This document shows positions 41,130 to 58,121 of a DNA stretch of 64,000 bases, piece after piece. How positions within the stretch are numbered: the first letter of the stretch is position 1; every line of letters begins with the position of its first letter. Below the pieces are notes generated by a model that saw only the letters and a list, made by a program, of their open reading frames with translations, ran no database searches and had not been told where the DNA came from. Source of the DNA: the human T2T-CHM13v2.0 reference genome, Homo sapiens; NCBI RefSeq assembly GCF_009914755.1, contig NC_060925.1. One strand, 5' to 3'. The translations under genes were made by a program, and so were the position numbers.

Positions 41130-43050
41130 TATTTGGTTATAGAAAAAGGGAAAAGGGGCAACTTTCTCCATAACTACTTCAGGTGTGACATAGAGGGTGG
41201 CGTGGGCACCTCGGAAAAAAAGAAAAAATTTTGGCGTATTCTTGAGAGTCGGGTTGGTATCCATCGTGTCGTTGTAGCAGGAGCATCATCTGGATTGTCT
41301 GGCGATTAACTGTAGTTTCAACAAGAGTTTTAATGGCTTTTATTATCAGTGGGATACCACAGGGGAGAAACAGGAGGACCCCAATGATGAAGATTACTGT
41401 CCCTACCAGCGTTTTAAATCCCCCTAAATTAGAGAACCACCCTCCTAGAAGGTTTGTTGGGTCCCATCCCTTCCAGGTTTGGACTGGTACACGGGCTACT
41501 TTTCTGATGTTTGAAGCGATTTCTAGAACCGCTTTTCCATTATCGTCTATGTTAAGACAGCAATTGGAGATGTTAAACTTACCACAGACCGCACCCTCTT
41601 CTGCTAATAAGTAGTCTAGAGCCAGCCTGTTTTGATAAATTGCTGGGTGCATTTGGTTTTGTTGTCACGCGAGCATTTCCAGCGCTGGGGCGGTTTGGTT
41701 AGTGATTATCTCTAGAGCAGCCTTTAGTCTAATTATTCTATTTAGCATATATGTGGGAGTGCGATAACCCCGTGAACCATCCTCAGCCCAGGTGGCAGGA
41801 CCGTAATATTCGATGATCCATTGCGGAGGCCACTCGTCCTCTCACGGTCTTTGGCTTCCTCCTGCCTTTAAGGACCGTTTTTCTCTGGTTATCATACGCA
41901 GGGACTCCGAGGGTGTTGCCCGCCTGCTTTGGAAGTAAAACGAATCCAGGTTGAATTGTGCATAGGAAGCTAGTGCTAAGGTAGCCGTGAGTAAGCCTGG
42001 GTTCCCCATATCCAAAGGAATCCATCGGGGCAGTCCATCGTCAGCTGGTGTTCCTAGGATTGTCGCATAGTGCACTTAGGCAGGGGTATGCGGCAGAAGA
42101 GTTAGTGGTGTTTGTACAGTTCCAGGCCTTTTTTGACAAGACACAATTGAGGTAGCTGAAGTTAGAGGGAGACCAGGCTCCAGGGGGTAACCTTGGCCAC
42201 CACTCGGCTGTGGAGGCGTTGACTGTTAGGGTTTGGTGACAGGGGCTTTCACCTGCGGCACGATGGGTTTTATCAGTCCACTTGCGGGATATGCACGCCG
42301 TCCCTCTTACTGGGTTGGTAAGTGTCCAGGTCGACGGGCGTTCCTGAGAATTCAAAGTGAGGCTGGGGTTTTGAAATGCTAGTAATTAAGGGGGAAGGTC
42401 TATCCCATGCCACGGCCACTGTTCACTCCTGTGGGCTCCCCCGCATACCCAGCAATTGGACACATTCGTGGTAAGCGCGATGCCCTCTCCTAGATCTACA
42501 AACCGGTTTTTTCCTGGCTAGGGAGGGGATACGTCTGCTTATGGTTTTTGTGTAAAGGGATGGAAATACCACGGGTGATTTTCAGGGGTAGTTGTTGGTT
42601 TTGAGACTTTTGCTTTGGCTATAATCCATTCTCTCTTTCTGTCTTCGAGCACTTGAGCGTTTGCTCCCCATTGTCCAATTTTGGTGAAGCAAAGCCACTG
42701 TTTCCCTTTTGGACATGTAGCCCCATTATGACTGCCAGATACTCCTAGATTTTTTACTTTATAATAACTCTTTCCTGATTCAACACATTCCTCGACTAAG
42801 GTTCCACAATAGGATCTTTCTATATGACTATGGTGAGTGAAGGACTGTTGACATGAGTATGGTGAGTGAAGGATTGTTGCATCTTTCCTCTGTGGTGGAA
42901 AGACTGATAACACTCACAGCAGCTCTGAAGGGCTGCTGTGGGCAGCAGGGCGGCTACTGACCGTATAAGGATCGTGGTGAGGGATATTCCCGTATTAAGA
43001 CTTTTGGTTGGAAGTGAGGCACAGCATCGGATTGGGTAGATACAGGCCAT
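41130..43050 (-). pseudogene. env: ERV env remnant of provirus B (gamma-type SU/TM), disrupted
   Basis: SU NCWVCG motif near 42450; [29 protein letters not shown] and hydrophobic [20 protein letters not shown]. Confidence 0.9.
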
Positions 43051-43089
43051 CTCTGGAAGCAGGTGTTTAGTCTTCCTCGTGTTTTGGTT

Positions 43090-45698
43090 TTAAGAAAAAG
43101 AAAATTTTTTGGTTAATTTCAGCTTGGTAGAAGAAACTGGCCTGGACAACCACTTATCTGTTAATGTTTTGGAGGAAGAAGTAGCCTTTGGGGTGAGCTT
43201 GACCCTGGTACGATGGACCCAGTTGGGGAGTCCTTGGACTCTCATGCTGTTAGTGTGCATGCTGAGTATCACAGCGTAGGGGCCTGTCCACTTTGGTTGT
43301 AGCTTTTTGTGAGGATCAGGTTGGCCAATAAACACGTCTGTGCCTGCAAGACAGTTATGTTGAGAGGACAAGGAGGTGTCGGCAGGGAGAGGCATGGCCT
43401 CATTCGCTGCTTCACAAATGAAAGACCATGTCTGGATTAAGGAGGGTAAGTAATTCCCGAGTGGCTCAGAGTCTGGTGATGGCGGAGGCCCTAAGACAAA
43501 AGTTCGTCCATACATGATTCCAAAGGGACTATAAAAAGAGGGTGCTTTTGGTGTTGCACGGAGTCTCATGAGGGTGTAAGGGAGATTTCTCATCCACGAC
43601 TGGTGGGTTTCTAGAGCCAGCTTGGTGAGTTGAGCTTTAAGGACAGAGTTGATGTTTTCAAGTTTGCCTGAAGATTGAGGCCTGTAAGGTGTATGGAGAA
43701 CCCATTTCATTCCTAAGGACGTGGAGACAACTTGGGTGATTTGGCTGGTGAAGGTGGGCCTGTTATTGGATTGCATGGATGTCCCAATGGAGTGTGAAAC
43801 GGGGAATTGTATACATGATGAGAGTTTGTATGACAACATTTGCACCTTCTGAAGTTGTTGGGAACGCTTCTACCCACCCAGAGAAAGTACAGACAAAGAC
43901 TAGAAGGTAATGGAGCCATTTATCAGGTGAGTGAAGTCTACCTGCCAATCTTGCCCAGGTACCTGGCCCTGGGCTTGGTGGTTAGAAAAAGGCGGTGGCC
44001 AGAGGGAGCCCTGGGGTGACACTGAGTGGCAGATACAGCAGGACTGGATGATCTCTGGAACGCGGCTGGAAAGGTGAGGACAAGTGAGAATAGGGTGGAG
44101 AAGTTGCAAGAGAGGTTTGTAGCCGACATGGAAAGAGTTGTGGAGGCTTTGGAGGATAGGCATTGTTTGAGCATGAGGAAGAATGAGAAGCGCCCTTCCT
44201 TGATGTACCATGGTCCTTGCTTTTGGAGGTTCTGGACCTGGAAGTCCTCCTTTTCTTCTGAGGAGTAAAGAGGAAAGAATAAGGACAGGGACAGAAACTG
44301 GCCTTGCACGGTTGTAGGGCTACTTGTTTGGCCGCCTGATCTGCTAGTGCATTTCCAGCCCGTATAGGATTGTCTGGGGTTTGGTGGCCCCTGCAATGAA
44401 TGACGGCAGCTTTCTGCAGGAGCTGGGCAGCCTGAAGGAGCTTGCTGATGAGAGAGCCGTTTATGACAGGAGTGTTGTTTGCAATTAGGAAACCCCGTTC
44501 TTTCCAGATGGACAAGTGTGAGTGCACTATGTGGAACACATAACGAGAATCTGAATATATGTTCATTTGTTGTCCAGCTGCTAGAGTGAGAGCTCGAGTG
44601 AGGGTGATGAGTTCAGCCTTTTGGGAGGTGGTTCCTAGGGGGAGCAGATTGGCTTCAATAGTGTGGGCGGGTGACACTATAGCATAGCCAGCATGTCGGC
44701 ATCCTTGATGTAGGAAGGAACTGCCATCTACAAACCAAGTAAATGAGGCATCTGGAAGGGGTTGATCTGTTAGGTTTGGAAAAAGTATAAGAAAGGTTTG
44801 AATGGTGTCCACACAGAAGTGTGCAGGGTCTTGGGAGGTAGTGGCTTCAGGTAAGAGCATGGCCAGGTTTAAATGGGAGCTGGTTAGCACGGTGATTTGG
44901 GGAGTTTCTATGAATAGAGCATACAGTTGAAGGAGCCGTGGGGCAGACATGAGACTTAGTACACTGCAGTGAGCTAGCATGTCTTTGATGTTATGGGTTG
45001 AATAAACTGTTAGGTTGGCACGAAGGGATAGTTTTAGGCTTCCAAGGGTGAGGACAGCAGCTGCCACCAGTGCTTGGAGACAGGCAAGCCATCCGAGAAC
45101 TGTGGTTGTGAGCTGTTTAGAGAGGTAGGCAACAATCTGGAGGGCGGGTCCCTTAGACTGGTTAGAACATGTAGTGCAACTCCACGCGGTTCGTCGGGAT
45201 AGAGAGAAAGGTTTGGTGAGGTCTGGGAGAGTGAGAACGGGGGCTGAGATGAGAGCCTTCTGGACCAGACGGAAAGGGTGGGTAATCGGCTGTGCAGGGT
45301 TTAAAGGCTTATGGAGAGGGCCTTTAGTAGCTTAGTATAACGGTTTGGCAAGTAGAGCAAAGGAAGGAACCCAGAGCCTAAAATATCCCACTAGTCCTAG
45401 AAAAGAGAGAATTTCTTGCTTAGTTTGCGGAGGTGGGAGGAACTGGAGGAGCAGTGTGCGGTCGGTTGTGAGCCCTCGGGTTTGCAGGGTAAGAGCTAGG
45501 CCTAGGTAGGTGACTGAGGGGGTGCTTACTTGTGCTTTCTTAGGGGAGACCCGATACCCCCACTCTGCCAAGAAATTTAAAAGACAGATAGCATGGGCAT
45601 GGCAGTCTTTTTGAGAGGGGCTACACAGGAGCAGATCATCAACATATTGAAGGAGGTGGACAGTTTTAGGAATAAGGTACAGAGGTTGTGAGCAAGGG
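43090..45698 (-). pseudogene. pol: ERV pol remnant (RT C-terminal half, RNase H, integrase), frameshifted
   Basis: LLQYVDDLLL; VTYLG; WFVDGSSF, TSQKAELITLTRAL, IYSDSRY, GNALADQAAK; [42 protein letters not shown]. Confidence 0.93.
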
Positions 45699-45715
45699 CC
45701 CGGGTTTCGGCACCA
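45699..45715 (-). promoter_or_regulatory. Primer-binding site complementary to tRNA-Phe 3' end
   Basis: minus strand TGGTGCCGAAACCCGGG two nt after the LTR terminal CA. Confidence 0.92.
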
Positions 45716-46829
45716 GGTGCAAGGCACTAGTATTTGTTCAAATCCCAAGAGTGCACCAACCAACAGCACAAAGCGGTGTGGAGCAACACACTGTTTTAAT
45801 GAGCACCTGGGTATAGACGGGCTGAGGCCTAAAATGGCGTCAGCCCCACATGAGGATGGGGCCGAGGTTTTATGGTCTCCTGTAAACAGGAAGTGTCCCT
45901 GTCTGATGTAACTGCTATGTGGTACCCGGATGGCCAATCTCTCCATCCTCAGGGATACGTGTCTTCCGGCCAGCCCTCTTCCTGCTTCTGCTATCTTGCT
46001 GATGTGCACTTGTCGCACAAGTGGCCTTGCGCCTTGGGACTGGGCCTGAGGAGGGAGGAGTTATTCATCCCCCCAAGCTTTCAGGCCCCAGGGAGAATCT
46101 TTCATTTATTACATTCCTTTCTCAGTTTTTATTGAGTTTCTCACACTGAACTCAGTAAAAGGTCAACTTTGTGTAGGTTCAAAAGATTCTTCTGATTAGA
46201 TATTTAAAAATATAACTTCTGATTTTGATCTCTTTTTGGTTAGGAGATGAGCAGTTCAGATGGACAGAATTGTGTATTAGGGCTTTCGATTCAACTTGCT
46301 AATGTTTATGTGTTGTAGTAAAAACATAACATTTTTAGGAGTAGTCTGATGCTAGAAAGCAAATAGAATACAGTATCTAACCAAAATCTTGCAGAAGAAA
46401 AGCTGCATTTACCAGGTAATTTTCAGTTGCTTGAATTGTATCAAGGAGTTGTATTTTTTAAACTAATAATAATAATAAGGCACTTACTTTTTTAAAAAAA
46501 ATTCCTTATTCAGAGATCCAGATTTCTGAAGACAAAGGGAGACAATAGTGTTTAAACTAGTGCAAATTTCTGGAATTTAGAACATGAATTCTCAATACAA
46601 AGGCTAAAAGACTTTCCATTTTATGGATAACTTTTTCTCCTTTTCTCTCAGAATCATGGAGAGTAAACTAAAGCTCTGTTTGTTAATAGTGAGACAGTGC
46701 CAGGTAATTGTTGTGTAGCTCATACAGCAGATAAAGAACTCACTAACAAATATTTATTGAACATGACATGAGCATGGTGTCTTTATGCTTCAAAATTTGG
46801 ATAACTCCCCCCATATCATTTTTAAATTT

Positions 46830-47330
46830 TTTAATATTTAAAAATATTTTCAAGTTACACATAAAGTGTACAAGCTTGATGAATTTTTGCATAGACGTAT
46901 ATGTCTATGTCACTACCACTCTGAGCAAGGTACAAGATATGGAACATTCCAGCCCTGCAGAAGGCTCCCTCATGCACCTGCCAACTTCGTACCCACCCAC
47001 AATAGTAACCACTATCTGGACTCTATAACAATATATTTGCCTGTCCTGTAATTTTATATAAATGGGATCATGCAGAATATAGATTTTTATGTCTAGATTC
47101 TTGCACCCATCAGTATGTCTTGTTCCATGTTGTTGCATGTAACAGTGGTTTGCTCTGTTTTATTGCAGTACAGATTTCTTGGATGACTATGCAGCAATTT
47201 ATTCATTCTATTATTAGTAGACTTTTAGGATGTTTCTTGTTTTGTGAATATTATGAATAAAGTGGCGATGAGCATTTTTGTGTGTGCCTTTAATGGATAT
47301 GTACATTCTGTTATCTTGGGTATTCCCTAA
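46830..47330 (-). mobile_element. L1M 3' fragment
   Basis: tatataaatgggatcatgcag...ttatgaataaagtggcgatgagcatt. Confidence 0.6.
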
Positions 47331-47753
47331 CATTTAATATTTATACTTTTTGTTATCTGTTTCCATGGAGAATTCCAACAAAATTATCTTCAACCATAAT
47401 CTATTTTAGACTAAAATGACATAAACTGAAATTTTTAAAATATGTGTGTGTGAAATCGTCTTTATTAGCAAAAGGTTGTCATTCTTCTTTTTTTCTTCTT
47501 CTGGAATATAGCATTTGTTGCTTCTTTGGGGGTTTCCAATAGCAGTTGGCCATCTAAGGAGATAAACACATGATATAGCTGCACTTTGAACTATGTGAGC
47601 CAGTGGTAATGTTTCAGCCGTGGAAATGTTCTGTGCTAATATTAGAATCCAGAGAAGCTGTATTTTTTTATAGCCATTTCAGTGACATTTGTTTGGAAGC
47701 ATATTGCTGCTGTAATTTTTTTAAAATTCTTTTTTCTTTCTTTTTTCCTACAG

Positions 47754-47775
47754 TCCTCTTTTATCCAAACATAAG
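47754..47775 (+). CDS. CNST: Consortin 22-nt micro-exon (probably exon 7)
   Basis: long polypyrimidine tract+tacag|T CCT CTT TTA TCC AAA CAT AAG|gtaaga = (D)PLLSKHK; needed to join the phase-2 end of the previous exon to the phase-0 start of the next. Confidence 0.9.
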
Positions 47776-47945
47776 GTAAGAGATTGTTTCTTTTGAATAT
47801 ATTTCTAGGAAAAATGTTTGTGTCATATGTCTGTTGTATGGACTATTTTGGAAAATGAGGAAACCTTTCCCAAGTTATTTTCAGCTTCCTAGTTTAATAC
47901 AACAGTTTCCCCAAAAGTTGGGTTTTCTTGTTTTAAACTTTTTAG

Positions 47946-48042
47946 ATAGCAGCTGTGGAGAAGTCCCAGGAAAGGAAATGCTCCACGCAGTTACTAGTGT
48001 CTGAAGATCCAAAGGAAGGAGGAGCTACCACCAAAGAGTCAG
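47946..48042 (+). CDS. CNST: Consortin coding exon (probably exon 8), 97 nt
   Basis: tttag|ATA GCA GCT GTG... TCA G|gtatgt = IAAVEKSQERKCSTQLLVSEDPKEGGATTKES. Confidence 0.92.
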
Positions 48043-48815
48043 GTATGTTTTTAACTTAAGCTATGGAGCAACGTAAAAGATACCTGCCTCTTCTGATCTT
48101 TTACAAGTGATACATCTGAATTGCTGCAAAGGATCTGGTTTTTTTTTTTTTTTTTTTTTGCACTTACATTTTTGTACATATACCTCTCCTAGAAAAAGAG
48201 CAAAATGAGACTTTTTATATTGGGTAGCTCCACATTTTAGACATCTATTAGTAGATACCATAAAATCTAAGTTCTTATAAAAACATAAAATTCTTATGTT
48301 TTCAGTAGGTGGTTATATATATCTAACAGAATAAGAAAAGGTTGTACAAAATGCTCTGAAATAGAATTGGTGTTGGTACATTCATACATTGTTTTCTGTT
48401 TAAAAACCAACAGTTATTGTATACACTTTACCAGAAATTTGTTCTGTAAATTTAGATATTTTAAACTCTATATCTTGATAATTTATAGCAATTTAATTTC
48501 TCCCCTTTTCTGTTTACTAACATATGATATACTTTAGTTTGTATGTATACATTTCTAAAGCATTTATGATGTATTTCATACCACCTTGTGCCTTACGTCA
48601 AAAGATTTTAAGAGGCTTTCTTCTAAATGTTTGGCATGTTGCTCATTATAAAAGCTTTAGAAAATAAAAATAAATAAATATGTTTTAGGGTTTTTTTCCC
48701 TTGATACCTAATTTTACTATTAATATATATTTCTAGGCTTTATGTTCCTGGGCCTGAGAGCCCTAATATTGAAGAGGAAGTATCAGGTGTTTTGGATGAG
48801 TTGCCCTGAAGTGAT

Positions 48816-48851
48816 ATGATGATGGTGATGATGGTGGTGATGGTGGTGGTG

Positions 48852-48883
<32 letters not shown>

Positions 48884-48926
48884 GATGGTGATGATGATGG
48901 TGATGATGGTGGTGATGGTGGTGGTG

Positions 48927-48958
<32 letters not shown>

Positions 48959-49875
48959 GATGGTGATGATGATGGTGATGATGGTGATGATGATGGTGAT
49001 GATGAGGATGATGATGATGATGGTGATGATGGTGATGATGATGGTGATGGTGATGATGACGGTGATGATGGTGATGGTGATGATGGTGATGATGAGGATG
49101 ATGATGGTGATGATGATGATGGTGATGATGAGGATGATGATGGTGATGATGATGGTGATGATGGTGATGGTGATGATGGTGATGATGAGGATGATGATGG
49201 TGATGATGATGGTGATGATGATGATGGTGGTGATGATGATGGTGATGGTGATGATGGTGATGATGATGGTGATGATGATGATGGTGGTGATGATGGTGAT
49301 GATGGTGATGGTGATGATGGTGATGAGGATGATGATGATGGTGATGATGATGGTGGTGATGATGGTGATGGTGATGGTGATGATGGTGATGATGATGATG
49401 ATGGTGATGATGGTGATGATGATGATGGTGATGATGGTGATGATGGTGATGGTTATGATGGTGATGGTGATGATGGTGATGATGAGGATGATGATGGTGA
49501 TGGTGATGATAAGGATGATGATGATGAGGAGGATGATGATGGTGATGATGATGGTGATGACGATGATGGTGATGATGATGGTGATGACGATGATGGTGAT
49601 TGTGATGATGGTGATGATGATGAGGATGGTGATGATGGTGATGGTGATGATGATGGTGAGGATGGTGATGATGATGGTGATGATGAGGATGGTGATGATG
49701 GTGATGATGATGGTGATGATGATGGTGATGATGATGATGGTGATGGTGATGATGGTGATGGTGATGATGGTGATGGTGATGATGGTGATGATGATGGTGA
49801 TTATGATGATGATGATGATGGTGATGATGATGGTGATGATGATGATGGTGATGATGATGATGGTGTTGATGATGT
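48816..49875. repeat. About 1.06-kb imperfect (GAT/GGT)n trinucleotide repeat
   Basis: continuous ATG/GTG triplets with occasional AGG/ACG interruptions. Confidence 0.97.
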
Positions 49876-49905
49876 CATAATTAGCCTTTTGCCTTTTTTC
49901 CCCCC

Positions 49906-53786
<3,881 letters not shown>

Positions 53787-54145
53787 CCATACACCATGCC
53801 TTAAATGTGCTGAAAATAATTTTTGTAACTTCATTTTAATGTAAAAGTTTAATAAAGTTCAGAATATCTTTTAAACCTTTGAAAATGACTTTGTTGATTT
53901 TAATGAGGACTAAGTGATTTATTCATATTCACATGCTTTTGAATAATCCCTGTTATGTATAAGGATTCTTTACTAAATATTTTGGGTATTTCCTCTACCT
54001 AAAGACACTATTATGCAACAGACAGAATTTCCATTTGAAAGGGTTAGAATATTGCTGTATTACACATATTCATATGTCCCTTCTTTTCCTTCCTATACAA
54101 AGTGTTGTTTTGAATTTTTAACAATTTATTTTTCTTCATCTTTAG

Positions 54146-55044
54146 AGAGTAAAACTTGTCTCGGCACAGAGTCAAGTAAAGAAAGCCAACATACAGTGGA
54201 GCCCCTGGGGAGCAGTCCCTGCTGTCATCAGATGGACGTGCAAACAGATTCCCCAAGCCTTTCGGTAACTGCAGGAAAGGACCACATGGAGGAGCTGCTC
54301 TGCAGCGCTGAAGCCACGTTAGCGCTCCACACCCAGTCCTCCGAGACAGCAGGGAGCCCGTCTGGGCCAGACTCTTCTGAGGATGCTTGTGAGGATGACA
54401 GTCGCTTGCAGCTGGCTCAAACAGAGGCCTGCCAGGATGTGGCCAGAATAGAGGGCATTGCTGAAGACCCTAAGGTGTTTCTTTCCAGCAAGTCAAAGAC
54501 AGAGCCGTTGATTTCACCAGGCTGTGACCGTATACCTCCTGCATTGATTTCTGAGGGTAAATATTCACAGGCTCAGAGGAAAGAACTCCGTTTGCCACTT
54601 CGGGATGCTTCTGAGGCGTTGCCCACAGACCAACTTGAGAACAATGAATTAAATGAGCTGCAGCAGCCTGATCTTACAGACAGTGATGGAAAATCACCAC
54701 AGGCGCAGGCTGACTCAGACGGTTCTGAGAATGTGCTCTGTGGAAATAATCAAATATCTGACTTAGGCATACTGCTTCCAGAGGTGTGTATGGCCCCAGA
54801 GGAAAAGGGAGATAAAGACGACCAACTCAACAAAGAAACAGAAGACTATTTGAACAGCCTTTTAGAAGGATGTTTAAAAGATACTGAAGATTCCCTTTCC
54901 TATGAAGATAACCAAGACGACGACTCCGATCTCCTTCAAGATCTCTCTCCTGAAGAAGCATCCTATAGTCTCCAGGAGAATCTGCCTTCTGATGAGAGCT
55001 GTCTTTCTCTTGATGATCTTGCCAAAAGGATAGAGATTGCAGAG
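54146..55044 (+). CDS. CNST: Consortin large acidic exon (probably exon 9), 899 nt
   Basis: tttag|AG AGT AAA... GCA GAG|gtaaat; lies within ORF 54013-55059 (ESKTCLGTES...DDLAKRIEIAE); phase 1 matches previous exon. Confidence 0.94.
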
Positions 55045-55212
55045 GTAAATCAGAGATGAAGTACAATTAAAAGTAAAATGGCATTTAAAAAACATATATA
55101 TGTATTAAATATTGCCTTGTTTTTGTAAGTTTTCCCTTGTCTCAAACATGAGGGAAAATTCTAGTTAACGTAAGCTTTTAATTATTAGTAGTTTTTACAT
55201 TTGTATGTATTG

Positions 55213-55218
55213 AATAAA
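55213..55218 (+). terminator. AATAAA, candidate intronic polyadenylation signal for a short CNST isoform
   Basis: about 155 nt after in-frame TGA (55057-55059) reached by reading through the exon donor. Confidence 0.5.
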
Positions 55219-57668
55219 ATGACTTTTAATCATTGCAATGTTCATACTACAAGATGTTCTATTGCATGCCTCCAGCTAGAGTGAGCGTTATTGTATATAT
55301 CCATTTTTTATAGTCCTGACTGTTATGTGGCAGTTCCAGATATTGGAATCAAAACCAGAATAGTCACATTCTAATAAGGAAGTCTCATTTTTCTTCTCAT
55401 ACATCTAGTAGATAAAATATGATATGTACTTACTGTTTCTTCCTCTTGTTAATATATTTTTTAAGTCTTTTAAAATAGTCTAAAGAATAGAGGGAACATT
55501 TTAAAATATAAGAGGTACTAGATTAATTTTTAACCTTATATTAAGTTGAAAAAAGAGATTAAGGAAAAATTACCATTTTTCATTGTTTGATAATACAAAA
55601 AAAAAGTTTGGAAAAAGAAAAGATAAAAGCCATATCCAAACTACAGCACACTCACGAAGGCGGCCTGGTGTGGTAGAGCAGAATTCGATTGCCTTAGTTC
55701 CAGTACAATCCCACCAGGTAGTTAACAGCTTCTTGGAGTTACCTTTTACCTCTGTAAGCCTGTTTTCTTCTCTGAAAATTAGGATACTAGCTGCCTTTCC
55801 TTTTCTTCACCATTTTTCCCCCCAAGTTCACTTTTAAGTCCCATTTGTACTCATTGTGTTCTAAATCAGCATTATCATTGAAAAAATAAGGGGGAAAATG
55901 AAAAAGTAACAAAGCCAAAGTAGACAGTAAAATATATGTGAAAACAGAAGACTGAAAAGCTGTCTAAGGTAATTATAGCTGCTATATTACTAGCTCCCTT
56001 TATTGCCATTTATAGTCAATTCTCTATAAACAATGACTTTTCTTTTTAATTTTTTTCTTGCCAAAATTAGATAGAATAGTAAAGCACTTGGCTTACTATT
56101 CATTCTCTTATTTTAACCAGACAGCTTGGTTGCCATGTGCAGTTAATTCTCTACAGACTGTTGTTTTTTTTTTTTTTTTTTTTCGTAGTTTTTGCTTAAC
56201 AAAATTATTTAATATTGCTTAATGGGCACAGAATTTCCATTTGGGGCAATGAAAAATGTTGGAAATAGATGGTGGTGATGGTACACGTTTTGATTGCAAT
56301 GAATGCCACTGAATTGTATACTTACAAAGAGTTAAAATGGCAGTTTCATGTGATATATATTTTTCCACAATGTTAAAAATAGTTTTTTAAAAAATTAGAG
56401 CTAATGGTATAGCACTTAATCCGGTATTCATTCTCTTGTACATTTTAACTAAATCTCTGGTACAGGAAGTTAACAACACAAAGCTTATACCCATATTCAA
56501 ATCTTAGCTGTAATACCAAAAAGTTACCATTGTCTGACTGTCCTTTCTCATGCCAACAATCAAGTTGACCATAAAGGGAGAACCCATGTGGTCTAATTTT
56601 ACCTTTTTAGGTATAAACTGTGAAGAAGAAGCAGAGAGCTCCTGTTGTCTTGCCCACCTTATAAAACGTTTTCCTCTATTTCAACATTTGACTAGTTACA
56701 CACTGATAATCATATGGTGTGCCTTTTTAGAACTATCTTTCCCCAGTAACTCATATTTGGGAGGATAATAGGAACTTTTGGAATTTCAATTTTTGCTTCT
56801 GCCTGAAAGCTGTTCGGCTGGATAAATTTCTATCATCTAGTTTGCCAGATGTCCCCTCCAGAGCAATTCTTTGAGTTTTGGTAACCTTTATCTTCAACCT
56901 CCTCCCTACTCAGCTGTGTTGAAGATGCACAAGGGTCTTGTCGTGGATGTATCAAAGGTCTGTAGCATTTCTCCTGTATATTTCAGTCATCTATTGACAT
57001 GTATTTCCAAAGCCTACAATTGATCAACATCCCTTTCCCAAATTATTTTTCCCCACATCACTAAATTTAAAATTGTTCTCAACTGAGTCATCCTATTTCT
57101 AAGAAATTAAAGAGTTGTTTATATTGGGGAAAAAATATTTTAAGGTGGCAGATTGTTAAATTAATGTTGCGTATTACAATTCAATGGAATATTCCCTCCT
57201 CAGACTCAAAACACAATGTCACTTCTGCTGGGTAACAGCTAACAGTGGAAATTACATGTGTTTAAAGTTGTCTTTTCTATTAAGTTAATACATAATGGTC
57301 TCCTTTCCTAAGATTATATTGATCTATTAAGTTAAGCTATTTTAAGAACCCCAAAAGCTACATATACATGACTTACAAAACTAATTTACTTTCCTATGAC
57401 AATGCCAAGCAGATTGTTAAACATTTGCTTTCTGAATACTTACTACCCTCGCTATTCTGAAAAGCATGGTTTAACAAAGTCTGCCTAACTCTGTCAGGAA
57501 AGGAGTTTTTAAAGTTTCAATGCTAAAAATCACTAATACTTAATATTTTCTAATACCTTAACAATGAGGTTTTGGACCAAGTAAAATATCCAGGCAATTG
57601 TGGGTTTGCTTATAAGTGCAAACTTAGGATTTTTATTTTAAAAATTTCTTTTAGATTTGAACATATAA

Positions 57669-58121
<453 letters not shown>

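Larger units (their letters stand above)
40701..46104 (-). mobile_element. Defective class I ERV provirus B (HERV-F group): 5' LTR, PBS-Phe, partial pol, env, 3' LTR; gag/pro deleted
   Basis: LTRs 45718-46104 and 40701-41125; TSD ATTAT/TTTAT; RT, RNase H, integrase and env motifs in broken minus-strand ORFs. Confidence 0.93.

Noticed and set aside
41179-41652. Intact syncytin-like env gene
   Set aside because: Only a TM fragment is open; SU is split over several frames with stops
45699-45715. tRNA-Phe gene
   Set aside because: Only the 17-nt 3' match next to an LTR, i.e. a primer-binding site
54013-54145. N-terminal part of the 348-aa ORF
   Set aside because: Intronic sequence upstream of the acceptor at 54144-54145
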